Assembly: GCA_045589295.1 (NCBI GenBank)
Contig: JAZNOU010000007.1
Span: forward strand, 32,001-96,000
Reading direction: 5' to 3'
From: Clostridia bacterium
GTDB lineage: Bacteria; Bacillota; Clostridia; RGIG6154
DNA length: 64,000 nucleotides
The notes under the pieces are model-generated. The model was not told the DNA's origin. It did no database searches and worked only from the letters and a program-made list of their open reading frames with translations. The translations under genes were made by a program, and so were the position numbers. Below, piece after piece: positions 40,085-49,545 of the stretch (its first letter is position 1; each line of letters opens with the position of its first letter).

Positions 40085-40787
40085 TTGAAGCCTCACTCCT
40101 TATTTTTCTCTTTAACACATCTTTCATAACAGTGGTAAAGATTTCATCACTGATGTTTTCAATAGTTCTAACTGCTCCACCTTCTACACAAAAAACGGTA
40201 GACCAATCAAATTTTTTAGCCACATAAAGTGCATTTTCATAACTTTTTTCAAGATACGAATGGTCACGCTCGTGAATATCTTTCTTTTCTCCGCCTGTAA
40301 TTTTATTTGCTCTGTTTTGCATAAGTTCTATTGCATATTCGGGCGGCATATCCAGAAAAATAATTTTATTCGGAACAGGTAATTTCAAAAGTTTATATTC
40401 ATAATCATACAACCAATCCAAATACAAATTCTTGATTCTTGTTCCGTCAATTTTAGCTGCCTGATGTATCATATTTGATGTTGTATATCTGTCAGCTATT
40501 ATTACTCCCCCATCTAAATAAAACTGTTCCCATTTTGTTTTATATGAAACATATCTGTCGACAGCATAAAATGACGAGGCAGCATACGCATTTATATCCT
40601 CAGGTTTTTCTGATATTTCACCATTTAAATACATCTTAACCAATGCAGATGAATTACTTCCATAATCGGGGAAAGTTATTTTCATAACTTTAAACCCTTC
40701 ATTTTCTAAACGTTGTTTCAATTTTTCAGCCTGCGTTGCCTTGCCACTGGAGTCAAGTCCTTCTATAACAATTAATTTACCTTTCAC
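40077..40787 (-). CDS. tmk: Thymidylate kinase
   Basis: IEGLDSSGKATQ, FPDY, DRYTTSN. Confidence 0.88.
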   Translation of the reverse strand: MKGKLIVIEGLDSSGKATQAEKLKQRLENEGFKVMKITFPDYGSNSSALVKMYLNGEISEKPEDINAYAASSFYAVDRYVSYKTKWEQFYLDGGVIIADRYTTSNMIHQAAKIDGTRIKNLYLDWLYDYEYKLLKLPVPNKIIFLDMPPEYAIELMQNRANKITGGEKKDIHERDHSYLEKSYENALYVAKKFDWSTVFCVEGGAVRTIENISDEIFTTVMKDVLKRKIRSEASNG

Positions 40788-41549
40788 TTAATTCTCTCCT
40801 AAATACTCTTTTCTCATAAGCGCCGCTTTTCCGCATGACATCTTACCTTCGGGACACGGACCAACCAAACACTTCGGACCGCATTTTTTAAACAACACCG
40901 GTGCTACTTCCTTAACTAACTTTAACATTTCGTTTGCAAGTTCCCTTATTTCCCACTGTGCTCTCTCACAACATCTATGATTGAAAAAATTGTAAAGACT
41001 TCTGGCGTTGAAAGTCATTATAAGTGTGGTTGCACAAGCATTGGGAAGCACATATCTGGCATCCTCAATAGCTTTTTTCTCAGCTGCAACTTTTGCACTT
41101 TTCTCATCCTTACCCAAAGCTATGAACTCATCATAATGCTTTTTAAATAAAATTTCAGTAAGGTCATTATATGCCTTTTGTTCCATTTCCATAGTATTTA
41201 TGTATATTCTTTTTGCTTCCTCTTCTTTTTCGATTTCGGGAGGAACTACATACTCAAACTGTCCTTCTTTTACATAACGTTGAGATTTAACAGTATAACT
41301 CGCAATTCTATGACGTGTAAGTTGCGCAAGCAGACTACGGCTCACACCAGACACCCCAAACGTAAATGTTGTGTGTTCTATCGGACTTTCGTGTCCCATA
41401 CTCAAAAGCATATTTAAAAATTTCTCAACACCCTCATCATCTAAATTTGAAGATATTGAATCAAGATCTGCATTTGAATAGCAAAGTTTTGCACCAGATG
41501 CGATAAGTCTTTCGCAATCATTAGTGTACTGAATGAGTTTAACTTTCAT
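40788..41549 (-). CDS. thyX: FAD-dependent thymidylate synthase ThyX
   Basis: [35 protein letters not shown]. Confidence 0.97.
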   Translation of the reverse strand: MKVKLIQYTNDCERLIASGAKLCYSNADLDSISSNLDDEGVEKFLNMLLSMGHESPIEHTTFTFGVSGVSRSLLAQLTRHRIASYTVKSQRYVKEGQFEYVVPPEIEKEEEAKRIYINTMEMEQKAYNDLTEILFKKHYDEFIALGKDEKSAKVAAEKKAIEDARYVLPNACATTLIMTFNARSLYNFFNHRCCERAQWEIRELANEMLKLVKEVAPVLFKKCGPKCLVGPCPEGKMSCGKAALMRKEYLGEN

Positions 41550-42267
41550 TTTTTAATCTCCTTTTAAACAGAACTTTCAACAAAAACACCGGGATTTTAG
41601 CCATTCTGCCAACTCGTTTAGGTTCTTTAATTAATCTATAGAGCCACTCTAAATTTAATTTAATAAACAACTTAGGTGCTCTTTTGGTTTTTCCTGCCAG
41701 AACATCAATACTTCCACCTGCACCTATAAATATTCCAGCATTTAAAACAGATTTATTTTTATTAATCCACATTTCCTGCTTTGGTGCCCCAAGACAAACA
41801 AGCAATAAATCCGGATTGTTTACGTTAATATCATTGATAATAGTTTCGTCATCATCAAAGTATCCGTGATGTGTGCCAGCAATTTTAATATTTTGGAATT
41901 CTTTTAGAATCTCAGTTGCTGCAAGTTTAGCAACACCAGGTTTACCACCAAACAAGTACACACTTCCGCCTAAGTCATTCAGTCCACTTAAAATCCCCTT
42001 AACAATATCAAATCCTGCTGCACGTTTTCTAATTGACCCTCCCAAAATTTTGGAAGCATAAACAATGCCAATACCGTCGGGAGTAACTACATCTGCGCTG
42101 TTTAGCACCGCTCGATAGCTAGAATCACTTATAGATAAATTGACTATTTCGGGATTCGGTGTAACTATAAAAAACTTTTTATTTTCCTTAAGAGCGTCTA
42201 AAGCTTTATGAACAGTTTGACCTACCTCAAAATCATCAAACAAAACACCCATTATATCAGTTTTCAT
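41539..42267 (-). CDS. WecB/TagA/CpsF family glycosyltransferase
   Basis: VTPNPE, PDGIG, LGAPKQE, KRAP, LEWLYR. Confidence 0.93.
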   Translation of the reverse strand: MKTDIMGVLFDDFEVGQTVHKALDALKENKKFFIVTPNPEIVNLSISDSSYRAVLNSADVVTPDGIGIVYASKILGGSIRKRAAGFDIVKGILSGLNDLGGSVYLFGGKPGVAKLAATEILKEFQNIKIAGTHHGYFDDDETIINDINVNNPDLLLVCLGAPKQEMWINKNKSVLNAGIFIGAGGSIDVLAGKTKRAPKLFIKLNLEWLYRLIKEPKRVGRMAKIPVFLLKVLFKRRLKNES

Positions 42268-43027
42268 ATGCTGCTCCTTCAATAATTTTAATAAGTTCTT
42301 CTCCACTGACTCCGCCATGAGCAGTTATTCGGCATAGCTTAAACGGATCAGTTGTAGATGAATTTACCTTTGGAACTTTATCATTAATCTCTACACAAAC
42401 ACTATACCCTGCAATTCTTGCCTCGTTTCTTACAACTTGATTTGAAAATCCGTAAGGATATGCCAAAGCTATTACCTTTTTATTCAAATTTTTTTCGATG
42501 AGATATTTTGATTTTCTAAGTTCTAAAATTACATCATTTTTAGAAAGATTAATCAATTCACCGTGATAATTTGTATGACTTTGAATATCAATCACACCAG
42601 AATTTTCCATAATCTTTGCTTGTTCCCATGTAAAGTGAGGATATGTAACAACTCCATCAACACCCATTCGTCCTGTTACTATAAAAATTGTTGCTTTCAT
42701 TCCTAGTTGCTTCAAAATGGGATAAGCAACAGTGTAATTATTCAAATACCCATCATCAAATGTAACAAGAATAGGTTTTGGTGGCAATTCTGTTCCGTAA
42801 GTTAAATAATTAATGTAATCTTCAAAAAAGATAGTTGTGTAACCGTAATCTTTAAGTGCTGTCATTTGACTGATAAAGTCTTGAGAAGACATTTCAACGT
42901 TTTTATTGTGATTTTCATATTCATCATTTATGTTATGATACATTAAAATTGGTAATTCTAGTTCTTGTGCACTGCAATTAAATGTAACAGTTAAAAATAC
43001 AATTAAAAGTAAAATTAACCTCTTCAA
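42257..43027 (-). CDS. Secreted polysaccharide deacetylase (CE4)
   Basis: Signal peptide, PILMYH, TFDDGY, SHT.YH, AYPYG. Confidence 0.92.
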   Translation of the reverse strand: MKRLILLLIVFLTVTFNCSAQELELPILMYHNINDEYENHNKNVEMSSQDFISQMTALKDYGYTTIFFEDYINYLTYGTELPPKPILVTFDDGYLNNYTVAYPILKQLGMKATIFIVTGRMGVDGVVTYPHFTWEQAKIMENSGVIDIQSHTNYHGELINLSKNDVILELRKSKYLIEKNLNKKVIALAYPYGFSNQVVRNEARIAGYSVCVEINDKVPKVNSSTTDPFKLCRITAHGGVSGEELIKIIEGAAYEN

Positions 43028-43107
43028 GACCTCACCTCACAGACGTATTCAATTTAGTATAACATATTTTTTGTAATTTTTAAATAGATTTTTAAAATTT
43101 TTACATT

Positions 43108-43146
43108 AAAAACAAAGGTTTTCGCGAAAAAGCGAAAACCTTTGTT
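43108..43146 (-). terminator. Intrinsic terminator after DUF378 gene
   Basis: 15-bp inverted repeat AACAAAGGTTTTCGC/GCGAAAACCTTTGTT with T-run on minus strand. Confidence 0.85.
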
Positions 43147-43158
43147 AAAAAAATATAA

Positions 43159-43371
43159 TTATGTGTGTGATGTTGTGTCCCTTTTATCTCTGTCGCGGAA
43201 CAAAAATGTTATACACCATATTCCTGCAAGACCAACTAATCCAAAAACAATTCTACTGATAACAGAAAGCTGTCCTCCAAAAATAGTGGCAACAACATCA
43301 ACACCAAAGAGTCCTATCGAACCCCAGTTAAGTGCGCCGATAATAACGAGCACCAACGAAATCATATCCAT
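43159..43371 (-). CDS. DUF378 small membrane protein (YuzA-like)
   Basis: LVIIGALNWG.IGLFG.DVVA.IFG. Confidence 0.92.
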   Translation of the reverse strand: MDMISLVLVIIGALNWGSIGLFGVDVVATIFGGQLSVISRIVFGLVGLAGIWCITFLFRDRDKRDTTSHT

Positions 43372-43400
43372 TTATATCAACTCCTTATAAAGATTAACAT

Positions 43401-43429
43401 TATTATTTGCACCAATGTGTATTTTATAC
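43401..43429 (-). promoter_or_regulatory. Candidate forespore (sigmaG/F-type) promoter of DUF378 gene
   Basis: TGTATA-N17-AATAATA. Confidence 0.45.
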
Positions 43430-43438
43430 ATTTTTTTC

Positions 43439-43467
43439 TTGCTAAGTTTTTAAAAAAATGTTATACT
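43439..43467 (+). promoter_or_regulatory. sigmaA promoter of the cmk-like/rqcH operon
   Basis: TTGCTA-N17-TATACT with TG extension. Confidence 0.65.
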
Positions 43468-43518
43468 GATATTAACAAAGATATCTGATTTTTTAATATT
43501 TATTCAAGGAGGTATATT

Positions 43519-44139
43519 ATGAGTTACGTTATTACAATTGGTCGCGAATTTGGCAGTGGAGGTCACGAAATTGCAGAAAAATTATCCGAAATGCTTGGGA
43601 TAAATTATTATGACAAAAACATTATTGACCTTGCATCAGAAAAAAGCGGCATAAACAAACAAATGTTTGAAAACTCTGATGAAAAGCACAATAGTTTTTT
43701 GTATTCTCTTTCAATGGCGCATTACGGCGGTCTTGTATCTCAGAATTATCTTAATGATATAATTACAAACGATAAATTGTTTTTAATTCAGTCAAACATA
43801 ATTAAAGACATCGCTGAGAAAGAATCTTGTATATTTGTCGGCAGATGTGCAGACTATGTTCTTAATGAACACCCAAACAAACTTTCTGTATTTGTTCACG
43901 CAAGCAAAGACTCAAAAGTTAAACGTGTTATGGAAACAATGAAAATTAAAGAGTCTGCCGCTGAAACTCTCATTAAAAAAACCGACAAATCAAGAGCAGC
44001 TTTTTATAACTTTTATTCAAGCAACGCCTGGGGTGCTGCTGCAACTTATGATTTATGTTTAAATACCGACAAATTTGGCATTGAAGGTGCTGCACAACTT
44101 ATTAAAAGTTATGTTGAACAACATATGTTAAACAAATAA
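43519..44139 (+). CDS. Cytidylate kinase-like family protein
   Basis: ITIGREFGSGG, VGRCADYVL, W...YDLCLNT. Confidence 0.9.
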   Translation: MSYVITIGREFGSGGHEIAEKLSEMLGINYYDKNIIDLASEKSGINKQMFENSDEKHNSFLYSLSMAHYGGLVSQNYLNDIITNDKLFLIQSNIIKDIAEKESCIFVGRCADYVLNEHPNKLSVFVHASKDSKVKRVMETMKIKESAAETLIKKTDKSRAAFYNFYSSNAWGAAATYDLCLNTDKFGIEGAAQLIKSYVEQHMLNK

Positions 44140-44150
44140 CGGAGGAGTAT

Positions 44151-45818
44151 ATGGCTTTTGACGCATGCGTCGTAAAATGTTTTGTACATCAAGCGGAAAA
44201 CAAACTTAAAGATGCAAGAATTGACAAAATACATCAACCGCAAAAAGATGAACTTTATATTACTTTAAGAACTCATTCAGGCGGTATGAAACTATATATA
44301 AGTGCTAACCCAAGTTATCCAAGAATATATTTTTCCAACGAAAAAATCGAAAACCCAAGTGAACCACCTATGTTTTGTATGTTACTTAGAAAACACATTG
44401 GTTCTGGAAAAATAAAAAGCATTTATCAGATTGAATTCGAAAGAATTATGATTATTGAAATTGAATGCCGAAACGAACTTATGGATATTGTAACAAAGAA
44501 ACTTGTTGTAGAAATTATGGGTAAACATAGCAATATAATACTTTTAGATGAGAACGATGTCATTATTGATTCCATAAAACGAATTGATATTTCAACAAGT
44601 TCTGTAAGGCAAATTTTACCCGCACTCAAATACAATGTACCACCTAAACAGGATAAGCAAAATCCTTTATTGTGTGACTTTTCTTCACTTCCAGGAAGCG
44701 TTCCTGAACCAGAAAATTATGTAATGAAAAATTTTTACGGAATCAGTAAACTTACTGCAAGAGAGATTGCTTTTAGGTGCGAAACCTCACCATTTCACAA
44801 AGTTATGGAGGAAATATTTACAAACATAAATTCTAATGTTTTTGCTCCTTGCCTTATATATAATACAGACGGGACTCCCCTTGATTTCAGTGCCATTAAT
44901 ATTTCACAATATGGCAATGATTTTAAAATTTACAAGTGTGATTCTGTTTCAGATATTTGTGAAAAATATTACTCCGAAAAAGCACTTGCTTTACGTTTGT
45001 CACAGTTTGCATATGTGCTGCTCAAACTCGTTTCCAACAACATTGAGCGTTGCAAAAAGAAACTGGGCATTTTTAATCAACAACTTTTGGACAGTGCAAA
45101 GCGTGAAACATATAAGGAGTTTGGTGAACTGATAACCGCAAATCTTTACAGAATAGAAAGTGGCGCTTCAAGTATAACTGTTGAAAACTTTTTTCAAGAT
45201 GATATGCCGCTTGTCGAGATTAAGTTAGATGACAGTATAACACCTGCAAAAAATGCGCAAAAATATTTTACTAAATATAATAAAGCAAAAAAAGCCGAAG
45301 AGCAAGCGCATATTCAGATAAAATCCGCCAGTGAAGAACTTTCCTATCTCGAAAGTGTTTATGATGAACTTCAACGTGCAAGCACTTACTCGGAAATTTC
45401 TGAAATTAAAGACGAACTTATTGAGCAAGGTTACATTTCTTCAGGAAATCCATCCAAAAAGAAAAAGATTGCTGTTGCTATGCCGCACAAATATGAATTT
45501 GACGGTTACACGATTTATGTCGGCAAAAACAACAAACAAAATGATTACCTTACCCTAAAGCTTGCAAAAAATAATGATTTGTGGTTTCACACAAAAAACA
45601 TTCCTGGCTCACACGTTATTGTTGTTAAAAAATACGGCGAAGAGATTCCAGACAATATCATTTTAAAGGCTGCAACGCTGGCAGCCACTCACTCAAAAAG
45701 CAAAGGCGGTGCCAAAACGCCTATTGACTACACAACAGTCAAAAATGTAAAAAAACCTTCTGGTGCTAAACCCGGTATGGTTATTTATGACAATTACAAC
45801 ACAATTTATGTTAATTAG
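44151..45818 (+). CDS. rqcH: Ribosome quality control factor RqcH (FbpA/NFACT)
   Basis: MAFD, FCMLLRKH, EIMGKHSNIIL, NAQKYF, VGKNNKQND, PGSHV, KPGMV. Confidence 0.93.
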   Translation: MAFDACVVKCFVHQAENKLKDARIDKIHQPQKDELYITLRTHSGGMKLYISANPSYPRIYFSNEKIENPSEPPMFCMLLRKHIGSGKIKSIYQIEFERIMIIEIECRNELMDIVTKKLVVEIMGKHSNIILLDENDVIIDSIKRIDISTSSVRQILPALKYNVPPKQDKQNPLLCDFSSLPGSVPEPENYVMKNFYGISKLTAREIAFRCETSPFHKVMEEIFTNINSNVFAPCLIYNTDGTPLDFSAINISQYGNDFKIYKCDSVSDICEKYYSEKALALRLSQFAYVLLKLVSNNIERCKKKLGIFNQQLLDSAKRETYKEFGELITANLYRIESGASSITVENFFQDDMPLVEIKLDDSITPAKNAQKYFTKYNKAKKAEEQAHIQIKSASEELSYLESVYDELQRASTYSEISEIKDELIEQGYISSGNPSKKKKIAVAMPHKYEFDGYTIYVGKNNKQNDYLTLKLAKNNDLWFHTKNIPGSHVIVVKKYGEEIPDNIILKAATLAATHSKSKGGAKTPIDYTTVKNVKKPSGAKPGMVIYDNYNTIYVN

Positions 45819-45823
45819 TTTTT

Positions 45824-45852
45824 AAGCAACTATCCAAGAGATAGTTGCTTTT
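45824..45852 (+). terminator. Intrinsic terminator after rqcH
   Basis: AAGCAACTATC-CAAGA-GATAGTTGCTT followed by T-run. Confidence 0.8.
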
Positions 45853-45863
45853 ACTATTTTTTG

Positions 45864-45892
45864 TTGAAAAATATTTGTATTTATATTATAAT
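45864..45892 (+). promoter_or_regulatory. sigmaA promoter of AEC transporter/SLH operon
   Basis: TTGAAA-N17-TATAAT. Confidence 0.7.
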
Positions 45893-45931
45893 TAACATAT
45901 AAACTTTTAAACTTTTCTTGGAGTGATTCTT

Positions 45932-46894
45932 TTGGCAGACATAAGCATTATAACTGAAAAAATAATATTTCTAGGCATTTTTGCACTAATTGGTTTTGTT
46001 TCCACCTTCCTAAGATACACAAAACCAACACTAAGTGAAGGAATTTCTACTACTCTTACAAGACTTACAATCCCGGCATTGGTTATTTCGTCTTTTTCAA
46101 CGCTTGATATGGATGCCCAACGTTTAAAAAACGGACTTTTAATGCTCATAATTTCTTATTTATTGATATTTTTCTTGATATTTTTAGGTAAGCTTTGTGC
46201 AAAATTTTTAGGGCTTCGCGGTGTCACCGCATCTGCACATACATATTTGACTGCTTGCGGAAATGTTACATTTATGGGCTATCCAATCATCACCGCAATT
46301 TTAGGAACAGAAGGTCTTTATTACGCCATGCTGTATGTACTTGCAAATGATACTGTAATATGGGTTTTATCTGTATACTCTATTGCAAAGTGTACAGGAA
46401 AGAAACACGAAAATATGTTAAAGAAACTTTTAAACCCAAGCACAATTTCTTTATTACTTGGGTTTTTGGTAATGCTTTTTAATGTAAAATTCCCACCTGC
46501 AATTTTAAGTCCTATGCAAACTTTAGGTGCTTGCACCATCCCTCTTTCAATGATATTTATAGGTATAACTCTCGCCACAATTAAATTTTCTAAACTTTTA
46601 AACTGTCTGAAAGGCTTTGTAATTGTGCTTGTCAAAATGCTTCTTGTCCCTGGGGTGTTAATTTCGCTTATGCCTTTATTCGACAGTTTTGGAATTATTT
46701 CTGCAACAGGAATCGTTGTGCTTATCTTACAATGTGCAATGCCATCAACATCGATATATGCAGTACTTTCAAAAACATATGGCGGCGACCCTGAATATGC
46801 AGCACAGAACATTATGATTACAACAGGTATGAGCTTTTTTACAATACCTTTTATCTACTACCTTATTACCAATTTTAACGGTATAGGATTATAA
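45932..46894 (+). CDS. AEC (auxin efflux carrier) family transporter
   Basis: About 10 TM; GNVTFMGYP, PLSMIFIG, AMPS motifs; TTG start after GGAGTGA. Confidence 0.9.
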   Translation: MADISIITEKIIFLGIFALIGFVSTFLRYTKPTLSEGISTTLTRLTIPALVISSFSTLDMDAQRLKNGLLMLIISYLLIFFLIFLGKLCAKFLGLRGVTASAHTYLTACGNVTFMGYPIITAILGTEGLYYAMLYVLANDTVIWVLSVYSIAKCTGKKHENMLKKLLNPSTISLLLGFLVMLFNVKFPPAILSPMQTLGACTIPLSMIFIGITLATIKFSKLLNCLKGFVIVLVKMLLVPGVLISLMPLFDSFGIISATGIVVLILQCAMPSTSIYAVLSKTYGGDPEYAAQNIMITTGMSFFTIPFIYYLITNFNGIGL

Positions 46895-46904
46895 GGAGAA
46901 TAAC

Positions 46905-47960
46905 ATGAAAAAAATATTATTTATTACTCTTTTGCTCACTATCACATTTATGCTATTTATTACCACAAGTGCAAGCGACCCCGCTTTTTCTTTAAATTCA
47001 GATATTAATTCTGACACCCTTACTATCACAATAAATTCAAACACAAGTTTCAGTGCATTTAACTTAAAATTATATTATGATGCGCAAGTTTTAACACCAA
47101 TTTCTCTCCAAGAATGTGAAATTTTAAAAACGGGTGATGCTATTACAACAAACATAAACGGCAAGAATTATACTGATGATTATGTTTCGGCTGTATGGAT
47201 AGATCTTAATGACACCAAAAAATATGGTGATATTTTTAAATTAACTTTTAAGCTTAAACAACCGATAAAATCAACAACATTAAAACTTATATGCACTGAA
47301 TTAATACAAAATGGTAAGTCTATCACAAATATTCCACCAATTGAATTCATTGCAGATATTTCTGGCACAGAAAACGCCACACCTGCCATTACAACAAAAA
47401 GCAATGCTGATAAAATAAAATATATGAACGACTATGGAAATGAATTTAAACCGCTTGACTATGCTACAAGATACGAAATAATTGATGCTCTTTATAGCTT
47501 GTTTGAATTTAAGAACATCAACGATACTTTAAAATTGACCGACATCGACGATAACTATAAAACAAAAGTCCCTTCTTTTCTTTCAACTGGAATTATATCA
47601 GGATACCCTGATGGAAGCTTCAGAGGCAACAACAATATAACACGCGCAGAATTTGTAAAAATTCTTACAATGGCGTTCAAATTTAATAATTCTGTTTTAA
47701 CAAAAGATTATTTTTCAGACATTTCAGACAGTTGGGCCAAAAGCTATATTAACAATTTTGCATCTATGGGATATGCTAAAGGATATCTAAACCCAGACGG
47801 AACATTTTCATTCAAACCAAATGATTTTGTTACCCGCGCAGAATGTGTTTTATTTATAAACAGAATTATAAATGCAAGTTCTGTACCTTCAAACAAAATA
47901 TATATTGACCTTACTAGTGATTTTTGGGGCTATGATGAAATAATGAAAGCAGTAAAATAA
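46905..47960 (+). CDS. Secreted S-layer-homology (SLH) protein with N-terminal cohesin-like domain
   Basis: Signal peptide; FSAFNLKLYYDAQVL...GDIFKLTFKLK cohesin-like pattern; SLH motifs GYPDGSF...ITRAE and SWA..YI...FKPN..VTRAE. Confidence 0.75.
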   Translation: MKKILFITLLLTITFMLFITTSASDPAFSLNSDINSDTLTITINSNTSFSAFNLKLYYDAQVLTPISLQECEILKTGDAITTNINGKNYTDDYVSAVWIDLNDTKKYGDIFKLTFKLKQPIKSTTLKLICTELIQNGKSITNIPPIEFIADISGTENATPAITTKSNADKIKYMNDYGNEFKPLDYATRYEIIDALYSLFEFKNINDTLKLTDIDDNYKTKVPSFLSTGIISGYPDGSFRGNNNITRAEFVKILTMAFKFNNSVLTKDYFSDISDSWAKSYINNFASMGYAKGYLNPDGTFSFKPNDFVTRAECVLFINRIINASSVPSNKIYIDLTSDFWGYDEIMKAVK

Positions 47961-47986
47961 AAGAGCAACATCAGTTGCTCTTTTTT
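47959..47986. terminator. Bidirectional intrinsic terminator
   Basis: AAAAGAGCAAC-ATCA-GTTGCTCTTTT between convergent ORFs. Confidence 0.8.
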
Positions 47987-48318
47987 ATTGGTGCAAAATA
48001 TTCATTTTTAACATTATCAACACCAATTAAGTATATTCCCCCGAAATTTGAATTATACCATGAACATGCATACGCCAGTTCAACCAGGGGGTGTTCACAT
48101 TTACCAATGTTTGCTAAAAAACCTAAAATAATATTATCATGAAAGTAAGTATAATAATACCCGTTATTATTCTTAATATTTTCACTAACTTTACTCAATT
48201 CAAATATTTTTTTTAAAATAATGGGTTCAATCAAAACTTCTCTCTTCTTTGTCCAATTTAATTGTAAAAATCCATTAATCTTCAATTTTTCATCCGCATT
48301 AGAAATAAATGTTCTCAT
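47971..48318 (-). CDS. Hypothetical protein (115 aa, unrecognised)
   Basis: GGAG SD plus ATG; fills the intergenic gap; no motif recognised. Confidence 0.5.
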   Translation of the reverse strand: MRTFISNADEKLKINGFLQLNWTKKREVLIEPIILKKIFELSKVSENIKNNNGYYYTYFHDNIILGFLANIGKCEHPLVELAYACSWYNSNFGGIYLIGVDNVKNEYFAPIKKSN

Positions 48319-48330
48319 AATTTCTCCAAC

Positions 48331-48369
48331 AAAAAAAGATTACAGAAACATTATATGCTTCTGCAATCT
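48331..48369 (-). terminator. Intrinsic terminator after the mazEF-hypothetical operon
   Basis: AGATTGCAGAAGCAT-ATA-ATGTTTCTGTAATCT followed by T6 (G-U pairs only on minus strand). Confidence 0.85.
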
Positions 48370-48375
48370 CTAAAA

Positions 48376-48783
48376 TCACTTAATTTCATATGCACCTTTT
48401 ACCAAAACCAAACTATTGGCAGCCACCTTAAGTCCCCTGCCATCATTAACCGGCACAAGCAAATGATGATTTGGTGGAATTTGTGTTCCGTTTGACAAAT
48501 CAGCACCAGAGGATAAATCTGCAACTCCACCTTTTTGCGTAGCCACAATCGTACCTCTACCCATTCTTAATACCATTTCAGTTCCTGCATCGCCGATAAT
48601 TGTTTTACCATTTGCAACTTCTACAACTTTAAACGTCATTTCCTTTTTGAAAACATCATTTATATAGCTCAAAGTTACAACAGGATCTTCTTCACTACCC
48701 GCATTTGCATAAGCTATATATGTAGCAGCTGCACAAACAAAAACAACCACTACTAACATTCCAATCAATCTTTTGTTCTTCAC
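48376..48783 (-). CDS. Conserved clostridial exported hypothetical protein
   Basis: Signal/TM segment, GSEEDPVVTLSY, GTEMVLR, NHHLLVP.NDGRG. Confidence 0.75.
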   Translation of the reverse strand: MKNKRLIGMLVVVVFVCAAATYIAYANAGSEEDPVVTLSYINDVFKKEMTFKVVEVANGKTIIGDAGTEMVLRMGRGTIVATQKGGVADLSSGADLSNGTQIPPNHHLLVPVNDGRGLKVAANSLVLVKGAYEIK

Positions 48784-48798
48784 TTTAAAAACTCCTTT

Positions 48799-49149
48799 TT
48801 AAATCTCTAACAATCCAAAACTGACCACTAAGGCATCGTTCACTTTTTCCATAAGTTCATTATCCACAGAACCTATTTTTTCTTTTAAACGCCTTTTATC
48901 AATGGTCCGTATTTGCTCAAGTAAAATAACAGAATCTTTAGCAAGCCCATATTCGCTTGCATCCACTTCTATATGTGTAGGCATCTTCGCCTTATTAATC
49001 TGGGATGTTATCGCCGCAGCTATAACAGTTGGACTGTACTTATTTCCGACATCATTTTGAACAATCAAAACAGGTCTAATTCCACCTTGTTCTGAACCCA
49101 CAACAGGACTAAGATCCGCATAATAGATTTCTCCGCGTTTAACAATCAC
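48799..49149 (-). CDS. mazF: Type II toxin, PemK/MazF endoribonuclease (NdoA/EndoA)
   Basis: [42 protein letters not shown]. Confidence 0.97.
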   Translation of the reverse strand: MIVKRGEIYYADLSPVVGSEQGGIRPVLIVQNDVGNKYSPTVIAAAITSQINKAKMPTHIEVDASEYGLAKDSVILLEQIRTIDKRRLKEKIGSVDNELMEKVNDALVVSFGLLEI

Positions 49150-49152
49150 TCT

Positions 49153-49428
49153 TTATTCACTCTCCGAAAGTTTTTCCTCACACACTGTTAAAGCTTGATT
49201 ATCAGCACACAAACACATTTCGGCGTAATTTAAATTATATCCTGCCGCTTCCCCATATCCTTTTTGCAAAATATCTATATTTATTTTTTTGCACTTTCTC
49301 ACATATAACCGCAGAGACTTTTCAACAACATCGTCAAATGTACAATCAGTTACATTAGCGATGTTTAAAGCTTCATCTATCAGTTTTTGCGGCAAAGTGA
49401 TTTCCATTTTCTTAAGTTCTTGTAACAT
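49153..49428 (-). CDS. Antitoxin NdoAI/MazE-like (CopG/RHH)
   Basis: ITLP..L N-terminus, LQKGY.E...NL..AE C-terminus; alr-antitoxin-mazF synteny. Confidence 0.8.
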   Translation of the reverse strand: MLQELKKMEITLPQKLIDEALNIANVTDCTFDDVVEKSLRLYVRKCKKINIDILQKGYGEAAGYNLNYAEMCLCADNQALTVCEEKLSESE

Positions 49429-49479
49429 ATCTCTTTTGCCCCCGCGTTTTAATTGAAAGGATTAAACTCCCCGTATATA

Positions 49480-49508
49480 ATTATACACAATTAAAAACCT
49501 AAGGTCAA
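49480..49508 (-). promoter_or_regulatory. sigmaA promoter of antitoxin-mazF
   Basis: TTGACC-N17-TATAAT. Confidence 0.75.
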
Positions 49509-49545
49509 TAACAATAATATGGTATACTACCATTTTTTGTGACAA

